Shown here piece by piece: positions 7,656 through 16,525 of a stretch of DNA of 64,000 nucleotides (the stretch's first letter is position 1; every line of letters begins with the position of its first letter). Location: assembly GCA_963664225.1 (NCBI GenBank), contig OY760937.1, forward strand, positions 5,024,001 through 5,088,000, read 5' to 3'. The stretch is from Verrucomicrobiia bacterium (GTDB lineage: Bacteria > Verrucomicrobiota > Verrucomicrobiia > Limisphaerales > UBA1319). Position numbers and translations under genes: made by a program. A model generated the notes under the pieces. That model had not been told where the DNA came from. It saw nothing but the letters and a program-made list of their open reading frames with translations, and searched no databases.

Positions 7656-7706
7656 AAGGAGGGGGCGAATAGATTTGGGCCGACTATGTTCAATCGTCCT
7701 AAATAT

Positions 7707-7753
7707 TTCCATGTCGTTTTAAAGCCTTTTTCGCCAGGCTGAAGAATTTTGTC
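7707..7753 (+). repeat. 47-bp dispersed motif, R-class copy 2
   Basis: 40/47 identical to 1366-1412, same orientation. Confidence 0.85.
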
Positions 7754-7955
7754 GCGCGCCCGTCGGCCTGCGGGACTGTCGCTTTCTGTTGACCCGGCAA
7801 GCTTTAACGCTTAATTTCGCATTCTGGCGCGGTGCCCGGAGAATGGCCTGCAAGGTTGTTTTTCCGGGTGTCGATGACGGTGGAATATGGAATCCGCGCG
7901 GTGGATTTTCATGAGTGGATTGAGAAAAACGTCTGCGTGCCGGTAGAGCAAAGAT

Positions 7956-8429
7956 ATGCGACATACAATCTCTGTATTGGTGGAAAATAAATTCGGCGTG
8001 CTGACGCGCGTGGCGGGTTTGTTCAGCGGGCGTGGTTACAATATTGACACCCTCAATGTGGCGCCCACGCAGGATCCGACTGTTTCGCGCATGACGATTG
8101 TCACGCGTGGCGACGACGCCACGCTGGAGCAGATCGTCAAGCAGCTCAATAAACTGGTGGATGTCATCAAGGTGCAGGATTTTGGCTCCGGCGAGTATGT
8201 GGACCGGGAACTGGTGCTGGTGAAGGTTTCGGTGGATTCGCGCACGCGGGCCGAAGTGATGCAGATCACGGACATTTTCCGCGGCAAGATTGTGGATGTG
8301 CAGCCGAAGCATTTGACGATGGAAATCACAGGCAACGAGAGCAAGGTCGAGAAGTTCATCGAGTTGATGAAGAACTTCGGGATACAGGATTTGACCCGGA
8401 CTGGCCAGGTGGCCATGCCCCGGAAGTGA
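7956..8429 (+). CDS. ilvN: Acetolactate synthase small regulatory subunit
   Basis: MRHTISVLVEN.FGVLTRVAGLFSGRGYNIDTL ACT domain; QIVKQLNKLVDVIKV; RELVLVKV. Confidence 0.96.
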   Translation: MRHTISVLVENKFGVLTRVAGLFSGRGYNIDTLNVAPTQDPTVSRMTIVTRGDDATLEQIVKQLNKLVDVIKVQDFGSGEYVDRELVLVKVSVDSRTRAEVMQITDIFRGKIVDVQPKHLTMEITGNESKVEKFIELMKNFGIQDLTRTGQVAMPRK

Positions 8430-8451
8430 TGTCATTGGAACGGATTTGAAT

Positions 8452-8479
8452 TTGACTGGATGCGATCTTTCATTAGAAT
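8452..8479 (+). promoter_or_regulatory. Candidate internal promoter for ilvC
   Basis: TTGACT-N16-TAGAAT in the ilvN-ilvC intergenic region. Confidence 0.5.
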
Positions 8480-8569
8480 GGCGGGTCTGGTTAAGAAGAA
8501 AAACAGAAACTAACAACCAACCGTTGCTCAGGGCGGGCTTAAGGTCGTCCGGCAACTTTACTAAGAAAT

Positions 8570-9670
8570 ATGGCAATTATTGATTTTGGCGGCACAAAAG
8601 AAGAAGTGATCATGCGCCGGGAGTTTCCGATGGCCAAGGCCCTCAAGACTCTTAAGAACGAGACCATCGCCGTCATTGGCTACGGTGTGCAAGGGCCCGC
8701 GCAGTCGTTGAATCTGCGGGACAATGGTTTCAATGTCATCATTGGCCAGGCCAAGGAATTCAAGCGGGATTGGGATCGCGCGAAGAAGGATGGATGGATT
8801 CCTGGAAAGACGCTCTTCCCCATAGAAGAGGCCGTGAAAAAGGCGACGATCATTCAGATGCTGGTTTCGGATGCCGCTCAGCGCACGATCTGGCCCATGA
8901 TCAAGAAATGCCTCAAGCCCGGTGACGCCCTCTATTTCTCACATGGTTTCTCGATTGTTTACAAGGATCAGACCAAGGTGATTCCTCCTGCGGATGTGGA
9001 TGTGATCATGGTGGCCCCGAAGGGTTCGGGCACGTCCGTGCGTCGCAATTTCCTTTCGGGCGCTGGGATCAATTCGAGCTTCGCGGTGTTTCAGGATGCC
9101 ACCGGCCGCGCCCACGAGCGCTGTCTGGCCCTGGGTATTGGCATCGGCTCGGGGTATATGTTCCCGACGACCTTCCAGCAGGAAGTGTTCAGCGACCTGA
9201 CCGGCGAGCGCGGCGTGTTGATGGGGGCGCTGGCGGGCATCATGGAGGCGCAGTATGAAGTGTTGCGCAAGAACGGCCATACGCCCAGCGAGGCGTTCAA
9301 CGAAACCGTTGAAGAGTTGACCCAGAGCTTGATTCGCCTGGTGGACGAGAACGGCATGGACTGGATGTATTCCAATTGCTCGGCGACGGCTCAACGCGGC
9401 GCACTGGACTGGAAGCCCAAGTTCAAGAAGGCGACGCTGCCCGTGTTCAAGGAGCTTTATGAGCGCGTGAAGACCGGCAAGGAAACCGCGCGAGTCCTGA
9501 GCGCCTGCGGCAAGCCCAATTATCAGGTGGAGCTGCAAAAGGAATTGGCCGAGATCGGTAATTCCGAAATGTGGCAGGCTGGCAAAGCGGCCCGCTCCCT
9601 GCGCCCGAAGGAAGTCGCCAAAACGGTGACCAAGGCCACAAAGGGTGTTGGCGGACGCGGCTCGAATTAA
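8570..9670 (+). CDS. ilvC: Ketol-acid reductoisomerase
   Basis: AVIGYGVQG; FSHGF; MVAPKGSG; EVFSDLTGERGVLMG; CSATAQRGA. Confidence 0.96.
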   Translation: MAIIDFGGTKEEVIMRREFPMAKALKTLKNETIAVIGYGVQGPAQSLNLRDNGFNVIIGQAKEFKRDWDRAKKDGWIPGKTLFPIEEAVKKATIIQMLVSDAAQRTIWPMIKKCLKPGDALYFSHGFSIVYKDQTKVIPPADVDVIMVAPKGSGTSVRRNFLSGAGINSSFAVFQDATGRAHERCLALGIGIGSGYMFPTTFQQEVFSDLTGERGVLMGALAGIMEAQYEVLRKNGHTPSEAFNETVEELTQSLIRLVDENGMDWMYSNCSATAQRGALDWKPKFKKATLPVFKELYERVKTGKETARVLSACGKPNYQVELQKELAEIGNSEMWQAGKAARSLRPKEVAKTVTKATKGVGGRGSN

Positions 9671-9690
9671 TAATTAATTCAATTTTATGC

Positions 9691-9723
9691 AAAAAGGGCG
9701 ACCTTCGGGTCGTCCTTTTTTTT
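9691..9723 (+). terminator. Rho-independent terminator
   Basis: GGGCGACC-TTCG-GGTCGTCC stem followed by T8. Confidence 0.9.
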
Positions 9724-9801
9724 GGTCCATGGGGAAGGTGCGCGGGGCGGAAATTGCATTTTGAAGAATTGTGATTTCTGGAGTAACATACCGCAAGTAT
9801 C

Positions 9802-11895
9802 ATGGAACCACAGACAATCCAATCCGGGGCCACCGGTAATCCTGTGGCGGTGAATCGTCTCGCAAAGGAGAAGTCGCCTTATCTTTTGCAACATCAGCAT
9901 AATCCGGTGAATTGGTTTCCTTGGGGCGATGAGGCTTTTGCCGAGGCACGGGCGCTGGACCGGCCCATTTTTCTGAGCATCGGTTACTCGACCTGTCATT
10001 GGTGCCATGTGATGGAGCGCGAGTCGTTCGAGAATGCGCAAGTGGCGGAGTATCTCAACGCCCACTTCATCAGCATCAAAGTCGATCGCGAGGAACGTCC
10101 GGATGTGGACAAGATCTACATGACGGCGGTCCAGGCTTTTTCGGGGCAGGGGGGATGGCCGCTCAACGCTTTTTTAACGCCCGACTTGAAGCCCTTTTAT
10201 TGCGGGACCTATTTCCCGCCGGAAAGCCGGCACGGTTTGCCAGCTTTTTTGTCGTTGTTACGGCAGATTCAACAGGTGTGGACCACGCGCCGGCATGACA
10301 TACTCCATTCCACAGCCGAGCTTCATAAACGGCTGCAACAATCCACGCGGTCGGAATCCTCCCAGGGTATGGTTCTTTCCCCGGCGTTGCTGCATGACGC
10401 GGCAGCTTTGTTCTCGGATCAGTATGACGAGCACAACGGCGGGTTCAGCACCGCGCCGAAATTTCCAAGGCCGTCGTTACCGATGTTTCTGCTGCGCTAT
10501 GGAACCCGCTTTCATGACGAAGATGCGGTGGAGATGGTATTCAACACCTGCGATCACATGGCGGCGGGGGGTATTCACGATCATCTGGGCGGCGGGTTTG
10601 CCCGTTATTCGGTCGATGAAAGCTGGACGGTTCCGCATTTCGAAAAGATGCTTTATGACAACGCCCTGCTGGCGCATTTGTATCTGGACGCGTTCCTGGC
10701 ATCAAACGAGCCGCGATTTGCCGCGACGGCCAACGGGATTTTTCATTACATTCTCAGGGACATGACCCATCCCGAGGGCGGTTTTTATTCCGCCGAGGAT
10801 GCGGACAGCGAAGGCAAGGAAGGCAAATTCTATTGCTGGACGATGGCGGAATTGAGTCCGTTGCTCACGCAGGAGGAGTTGGCCCTGGCAAAGCGGTATT
10901 TCAAGCTCAGCGAGGAGGGGAACTTCATCGATCACAGTGATCCAAAGCCACTGCCCGGCCAAAATGTGTTGTGCATTTCCAATCCGGCAGTTTCGGAAGC
11001 GGAGCATCCCATACTGGAATCCGCGCTGAAGAAAATGTCGGCAGCCCGTGCCCGGCGCGTGCGGCCGCATTTGGACGACAAGGTGCTGACCTCGTGGAAT
11101 GGGCTGATGCTGGGGGCCTTCGCGCGCGCAGGGTTGTCGCTCCGACAGCCCCTGTATTTGAAGGTGGCGGAAAAGAACGCGGCGTTTCTGAAGAGCCATC
11201 TATGGGATGCCGAGGCTGGAGTTCTTTACCACCGGTGGCGGGATGGCCAGCGCGATCAAGTTCAACTGCTGGACGCCTATGCGTTTCTATTGTCGGGTCT
11301 TTTGTGCCTTTATGAGGCCACACTGCAAACCGAGCACCTGCAATTCGCATGTCGTCTTGCGGACAAGATGATCGCGCTTTTTTATGATGCGGAACTCGGT
11401 GGTTTCTGGCAAACGGCGGCTGGGGATCCCCATTTGATTCTGCGTTTTAAGGAGGATTATGACGGCGCCGAACCGTCGGGGAACTCCATTGCCATACTTG
11501 TTTTAATCAAATTGGCCGCCATTACCGGCAATGTCGCCTATAAAAAAGCGGCGGAAAACAGTCTGCGCCTCTTCACTCCCCATCTTTTTAAACTGCCGCA
11601 GGCGGCGCCTCACATGCTCATCGCGATGGATGCCTGGTTCCATGAGCCGACGCGGATTGTGATTGCGGGAGATCCGGGCTCCCTGGAGGCGAAAGCGCTT
11701 CTGCAAGCGGCGCATTCGGTCTATCGGCCCGGCACGGTGATTCTTGGCAACAGCGGACCCGTCGATGGTTTTTCGCAATTATTGAAGCCGCGTCACAAAA
11801 CGGCGGAGGCGTTTCTTTGCACCGCCACGGGTTGCCAGGAGCCGACCGGCGATCCCGACAAGTTGCTGGGTTTGCTCAAAGCGATTCATGCGTGA
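9802..11895 (+). CDS. Thioredoxin-domain / (alpha/alpha)6 barrel protein, YyaL/SPATA20 family
   Basis: [73 protein letters not shown]. Confidence 0.93.
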   Translation: MEPQTIQSGATGNPVAVNRLAKEKSPYLLQHQHNPVNWFPWGDEAFAEARALDRPIFLSIGYSTCHWCHVMERESFENAQVAEYLNAHFISIKVDREERPDVDKIYMTAVQAFSGQGGWPLNAFLTPDLKPFYCGTYFPPESRHGLPAFLSLLRQIQQVWTTRRHDILHSTAELHKRLQQSTRSESSQGMVLSPALLHDAAALFSDQYDEHNGGFSTAPKFPRPSLPMFLLRYGTRFHDEDAVEMVFNTCDHMAAGGIHDHLGGGFARYSVDESWTVPHFEKMLYDNALLAHLYLDAFLASNEPRFAATANGIFHYILRDMTHPEGGFYSAEDADSEGKEGKFYCWTMAELSPLLTQEELALAKRYFKLSEEGNFIDHSDPKPLPGQNVLCISNPAVSEAEHPILESALKKMSAARARRVRPHLDDKVLTSWNGLMLGAFARAGLSLRQPLYLKVAEKNAAFLKSHLWDAEAGVLYHRWRDGQRDQVQLLDAYAFLLSGLLCLYEATLQTEHLQFACRLADKMIALFYDAELGGFWQTAAGDPHLILRFKEDYDGAEPSGNSIAILVLIKLAAITGNVAYKKAAENSLRLFTPHLFKLPQAAPHMLIAMDAWFHEPTRIVIAGDPGSLEAKALLQAAHSVYRPGTVILGNSGPVDGFSQLLKPRHKTAEAFLCTATGCQEPTGDPDKLLGLLKAIHA

Positions 11896-12015
11896 TGGAG
11901 TGGGAAGCCGCAGCCAGAGCGATTTGATGCTGCGGGAATTTCTGGAGCGCGGCAACTCCTGTCGGCCAATGATTTTTAAGTTTTCCAATGGCCGGATTCC
12001 GGTTAATGTTCGGCT

Positions 12016-12504
12016 GTGGCAATCGCAAGAATATTGGTTGACGGTTACAGTCTGTTGAATAGCTGGCCTGACCTGGCTGCGGGCCATTCGCCTTTTTCCG
12101 CCACAGCCCGCTCGGCGCTCATTCACCGGATGGGGCAGTATAGTGACGCCGTGAATATTCCGATCGCGATTGTTTTCGATGGAGGAGCGGCGCCTGTGGG
12201 GACTCTCCCGGATCCCGCGCCCATCGGTTTGGAGATCATCTATTCCAAGGCGGGCCAGACGGCCGACCAGATCATTGAGAGGCTTGTGGAATTGATGCGG
12301 CCCCATGGCGAGGCTCTTGTGGTGACGGACGATTATGCGGAACGGGATACCGTGATGTCGCTGGGCGGTTCCGCTTCCAACTGCATGAGTTTTATTGGAA
12401 TCGTGGAAGCCGCGGTTAATGACATGTCACGGAACATCAAACGCCGCAACGAAAAAGAGGTTGCGCATTTCAAACGGCCCAACAAGAACAACAAGGGCAT
12501 ATGA
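12016..12504 (+). CDS. NYN-domain ribonuclease, YacP/Rae1-like
   Basis: ILVDGYSLL, IVFDG, TADQIIE, VVTDD acidic PIN/NYN motifs. Confidence 0.85.
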   Translation: MAIARILVDGYSLLNSWPDLAAGHSPFSATARSALIHRMGQYSDAVNIPIAIVFDGGAAPVGTLPDPAPIGLEIIYSKAGQTADQIIERLVELMRPHGEALVVTDDYAERDTVMSLGGSASNCMSFIGIVEAAVNDMSRNIKRRNEKEVAHFKRPNKNNKGI

Positions 12505-13889
12505 CACGACTTGTCGGATGGCTTGTTCTTTGGTTAATGCTGGCCATGGGCGGTGGAATGCCTGCCGCTCCGTTGGTCAGAACCGACCTGTGCCAGGTGC
12601 TGTTTGTCGTGGACACCTCGCGGTCGATGTCCCGTTATTCCGCCATGACGCGGCAGACGGTGTTCGACCTTGTCTATGACGGGGTGCAAGGGCAGATGAA
12701 TACCGGGGATATTTATGGGATCTGGATTTTTAACGAGAAGGTCCAGACGAATGCCTTTACCTCGTTGAACTGGGATGCGCAGCTTAATCGGGGCCTGGCG
12801 GCCGGAGCCGCCAACTTCATAAAGATCCTTCCATACGAAAAGCAGACCAGATTAGACCGGATTTGGGCGGAACTTGTGGGTTATGCGCGGCAGACCAGGA
12901 AGCTAACGGTCATCATGATCACGGATGGGTCAGATCGTTTTGTGGGCACGCCCTTCGACGCCCAGATCAACACTTATTTTGAGAAGCATGCGAAGGAATT
13001 TCGTCAGGCCAAGAAGCCCTTCGTTATTACTCTGGCCGCTTTGGATGGCAAATTTCTGGCCTCCACAGTGAACGGCGCGCGCGATCCGATCGCCTTTAAT
13101 TCCATTGCGTCGCAAGTGTATGAATGGAAACAAGGACAGCCACAATACCAGGTCAAAGAGTCGAAGCCCGCACCTGTCGTTGTCAGCGAAGTGCCCGCAG
13201 CGTCGGTGATTAAGGCGCGACCGGTGTTACTTCCAGCACCTGAGCCTGTGGCGGCAGTCGTTGTGCAAACCAACGTGGACGTTCCGAAGATCGATGCCGC
13301 GCCAGCGGCTCCGATCCAGGTTCCCGCGAGCTCCGCGACGGCTGTTTCCGAACCGTCAACACCGGCTACCTCGCCGACGGCAAGCCCGACGAATGCGATT
13401 GCGGTGTTGGTTGTGACGCCACCTCCCGCAAGACCGATTGTGGAGGTGTCCGTTGAAACTCCAAAGCCGGAGAATAAAACTGTTGAGACGCCAACCAATG
13501 CGAGCACCGCTGTCGTTGAGCCAGTGAAGGCCGAAATCGCGCCCGCAGCGAGTGTTGAAAAGCAGCCGGTTCCTCCGCCCAAGATTGAGCAACGGCCCGC
13601 CGAATTGGCACCTGTCGCGACCCAGGAAGCCATGCCAGCCGTTGCAATGGCCCCAGCCACGACTGCAACCCAGGCTGTCAGCCCTCCGCAGACCGCGCCC
13701 ATTCGCGCGTCGAAAAAGCCCGCGCCCGCGTTGGGTACTGGGAATCCGACTCCGCTGATTCTCATAGGGTCCGGCATCGCTTTATTCCTGGCGGCCAGTG
13801 GTCTTGTGGTGGTGATGTTACGGCGTTCACGAAAACAGACGACCACCAGCTTCATATCCCAATCCATCGATCGAGACTCACACCTTTGA
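12501..13889 (+). CDS. Membrane-anchored vWA-domain protein with Pro/Ala/Thr-rich stalk
   Basis: Signal peptide; MIDAS FVVDTSRSM and MITDG; low-complexity linker; C-terminal TM helix followed by RRSRK. Confidence 0.75.
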   Translation: MTRLVGWLVLWLMLAMGGGMPAAPLVRTDLCQVLFVVDTSRSMSRYSAMTRQTVFDLVYDGVQGQMNTGDIYGIWIFNEKVQTNAFTSLNWDAQLNRGLAAGAANFIKILPYEKQTRLDRIWAELVGYARQTRKLTVIMITDGSDRFVGTPFDAQINTYFEKHAKEFRQAKKPFVITLAALDGKFLASTVNGARDPIAFNSIASQVYEWKQGQPQYQVKESKPAPVVVSEVPAASVIKARPVLLPAPEPVAAVVVQTNVDVPKIDAAPAAPIQVPASSATAVSEPSTPATSPTASPTNAIAVLVVTPPPARPIVEVSVETPKPENKTVETPTNASTAVVEPVKAEIAPAASVEKQPVPPPKIEQRPAELAPVATQEAMPAVAMAPATTATQAVSPPQTAPIRASKKPAPALGTGNPTPLILIGSGIALFLAASGLVVVMLRRSRKQTTTSFISQSIDRDSHL

Positions 13890-14013
13890 GACACCGGCAT
13901 TGAGTCCATCCAGAACGCCGTTGTCGGAGGGCAGGGGAAACGCTTCCTGGCTTTTAATATTCAAGGGTGCGGTGGGGTTCGACGCAGGTGCGGAATCTTG
14001 GTATATTGGACCC

Positions 14014-14934
14014 ATGCGAAGGGCGAATATTTCATTCCATGAGGACAGCGAACGCGTTCTCGGCGAGGAGCCAGGAAAGGATATTACCCGGGAGTTTTCT
14101 CAGATGTGGGAGCATTATCGCAAGGCGTCGAAACGCTGCCGCGATAAATTATCGCCGAAATCTTTGCACCGCCTCCGGCTCGCGGCAAGGAAACTGGTTG
14201 TTGTGCTGGAATTCTGCCAGGACGATGGCCCATCACAGGAAACCGATGAATGCGTGCGAAGCCTTAAAAAAAAGAACAAGAAGCTTGGCGCGTTGCGGGA
14301 CATCCATACGCAGTTGGCGCACGTAAAAAAGCTCCAAAGAGCGCGGCCTTGTCTGCGCCGATATAAAAAAGCACTGCAGGCGGAGGAAAAATCAGAGCGC
14401 AAGAAACTGGCGCGTTTTCTGCGCGGGCAAAAAGCAAATAGAGTGGAGGCTTCGATCTTCAGGACGTGGAGTTCCTGGGTATCCAAAAACGGAAAAAGGA
14501 TTGGGACCGGCAATGCAGTTCGAGAGTTGGCCCGGCGTCGATTGCGGGCGGTAATGTCGGAGGTTCTGCGGCGACTTGAGGCCGCGAAATCGGGGGAGTT
14601 TGAGAGCCTGCATCGATTGCGAGTGGCGATTAAACGATTGCGATATACGTGGGAATTTCTGAAGCCGGTGATTAATGGAGTGGATGAGCAGGCGGTGCGT
14701 CAATTAATCGCCTGGCAGGTGCAGTTGGGGCGGGTGCAGGATTTGCGCATCTTTTTTGTTTCCTTGAAGGAATGGCTCAAGGAACAATCCAAACCGGTGA
14801 AGATACAATTCAAGGAGCCCTGTCGCGAGCTGAAGCGGCGATTGACCGCCCGCGCTGTTTATCTTGCGGATAAAATGAGTCGGACGCCGCCGCGCTGGAG
14901 TGCAGACGTACAAATGGAGCGAAACAGACCATGA
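14014..14934 (+). CDS. CHAD domain protein (polyphosphate-binding family)
   Basis: LHRLRLAARKL, LGALRDIH, LHRLRVAIKRLRY, QVQLGRVQD repeats; very basic. Confidence 0.88.
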   Translation: MRRANISFHEDSERVLGEEPGKDITREFSQMWEHYRKASKRCRDKLSPKSLHRLRLAARKLVVVLEFCQDDGPSQETDECVRSLKKKNKKLGALRDIHTQLAHVKKLQRARPCLRRYKKALQAEEKSERKKLARFLRGQKANRVEASIFRTWSSWVSKNGKRIGTGNAVRELARRRLRAVMSEVLRRLEAAKSGEFESLHRLRVAIKRLRYTWEFLKPVINGVDEQAVRQLIAWQVQLGRVQDLRIFFVSLKEWLKEQSKPVKIQFKEPCRELKRRLTARAVYLADKMSRTPPRWSADVQMERNRP

Positions 14935-15428
14935 AATTATATTTGTTGCGGCACGCGGAGGCCGTCCCACGCGAGGATTCCATTCCTGATTGTGATCGCG
15001 CATTGACTTCTGATGGCATGGAGACCATGAAGACGGTCGCATTGGGGATGCGGGCGCTGAAGATTAAGGTGGATCTTGTGCTCACCAGTCCTTTAGTGCG
15101 GGCGCGTCAGACTGCTGAAATCGCCGCCGTCGCCCTAGGAGTGAAAAGCAAGATCACCCTTACGAAAAATCTGGCGCCCGACGCGGATCCTGAATCCTTT
15201 ATCGCTGAGCTGGCCCTAAAACATTGCTCCATCAAGAACATCCTGCTGGTGGGGCATGAACCACATCTTGGAAGATTGGCATCCGTGCTTTTGACGGGCA
15301 CAACGGACTTGCCTGTGATTTTTAAGAAAGGGGGTTTGATGGCGTTGAAATTGGATTCAAAGCCCTGCAAACAGGGTGCGACGTTAAAGTGGTTTTTAAC
15401 CCCGCGACAGATGCGCCTGCACAAGTAA
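14931..15428 (+). CDS. sixA: Phosphohistidine phosphatase SixA
   Basis: LYLLRHAEA; DRALT; SPLVRARQTA; LLVGHEPHL. Confidence 0.92.
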   Translation: MKLYLLRHAEAVPREDSIPDCDRALTSDGMETMKTVALGMRALKIKVDLVLTSPLVRARQTAEIAAVALGVKSKITLTKNLAPDADPESFIAELALKHCSIKNILLVGHEPHLGRLASVLLTGTTDLPVIFKKGGLMALKLDSKPCKQGATLKWFLTPRQMRLHK

Positions 15429-16331
15429 CAAAGCGCCCGTGGTTACGGCGTCTTCGCCCAAGGCCGCGAGGCGAATGCGCGGGCCGGGCTTGAACGCGTC
15501 CATGACAAAACCGGGGAGGGCCTGTTCCAGGGCGAGGCGCAAGGGTTCTCCCATGAGCGATAAACCACCGCCCACGACGATCACTTCCGGGTGAAACAGG
15601 TGTGTGACGTGTGAGAGACCGAACGCCAAATCTCCAACGGTCTCGTGAAGAATACGCCGGGCGTCGGCATCGCCGCCGTCAATGGCCTGCGCCAGAAAAC
15701 GGGCCTCGCCACTGGTGACATTGGCGGTCAGCCGGGCGAGGAGTCCTTGAGGCGCGGATGTTTTGGCGGCGCGTATCCGACGATCCACGGCCCAGCCGGA
15801 GCAACGGGATTCCACGGTGGCGCCGTTACGATCCAGGCGCAGATGGCCGATTTCCGCTTCGCCGGGCTTTGTGCCATGATAGACTTGATGGCCAGCCACC
15901 AGGCCGCCCCCCACGCCGCTGCCCAAGGTGACATAGAAGACCGGATCGTGGCCGCGGCCAGCGCCCAGAACCGCCTCTCCCAGCGCGGCCACATTGGCGT
16001 CATTCTCCACGCGGACATTCTGGATGCCGGTGATTTGCCGCACCCATCCGGCAAGGTCAAATCCCGACCAACCCTCGATTTGATGTGAGCATTCGATCCT
16101 GCCGGTCTGGAAATCGACGGGTCCGCCAAATCCCACGCCCATTCCATGGGGCTCGGGCACTTGTTTGAGGACGTTTTCAAGGACCGCGCCGATTTGTTCA
16201 CGGATGCCCTGGCCCCCTTTTGCGGGATCGACCTGGCAGCGCCAGCGTTCGACAATGCGCCCCTCTGCATCACCAGAGACGATTTGGAGCTTGGTGCCGC
16301 CGATTTCCATTCCGAGCAACGTAGGACTCAT
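15396..16331 (-). CDS. ROK family sugar kinase
   Basis: GMEIGGTK; ENDANVAALGE; YVTLGSGVGGG; EIGH; VIVVGGG; no HTH. Confidence 0.9.
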   Translation of the reverse strand: MSPTLLGMEIGGTKLQIVSGDAEGRIVERWRCQVDPAKGGQGIREQIGAVLENVLKQVPEPHGMGVGFGGPVDFQTGRIECSHQIEGWSGFDLAGWVRQITGIQNVRVENDANVAALGEAVLGAGRGHDPVFYVTLGSGVGGGLVAGHQVYHGTKPGEAEIGHLRLDRNGATVESRCSGWAVDRRIRAAKTSAPQGLLARLTANVTSGEARFLAQAIDGGDADARRILHETVGDLAFGLSHVTHLFHPEVIVVGGGLSLMGEPLRLALEQALPGFVMDAFKPGPRIRLAALGEDAVTTGALLLVQAHLSRG

Positions 16332-16525
16332 GCGGGCATCATTCCGTGGCGGTGGAAGATTTGCAATCCATACGGAAGGAAAGAAGAAACAGACTCAAGC
16401 GAATCCGCAAAGGGCGCAGTTTTTGTTTCACGGAATACGGATGCAAGGATAGACTGGGGGGCGTTGCTTGCGAAAATCCCTGTGGAATCGGTTTTGGGAT
16501 GGCTGCGTCAACGGGATCGTCGATC

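Noticed and set aside
7304..7693. 129-aa minus-strand ORF
   Set aside because: It is the translation of the microrepeat mosaic; biased composition and no credible start.
7843..7914. 23-codon ORF (MACKVVFPGV...) as an ilv attenuator leader peptide
   Set aside because: Only four Val/Ile codons and no Leu, and no terminator with a U tract follows.
9726..9775. TCCATG...GAAGAATT as a fifth copy of the R motif
   Set aside because: Spacing is 4 nt longer and the central TCGTTTTAAAG block is missing.
13004..13909. 301-aa antisense ORF, and similar long antisense ORFs such as 45221-46609 and 59805-61136
   Set aside because: Shadow ORFs opposite well-supported genes, expected in GC-rich DNA.
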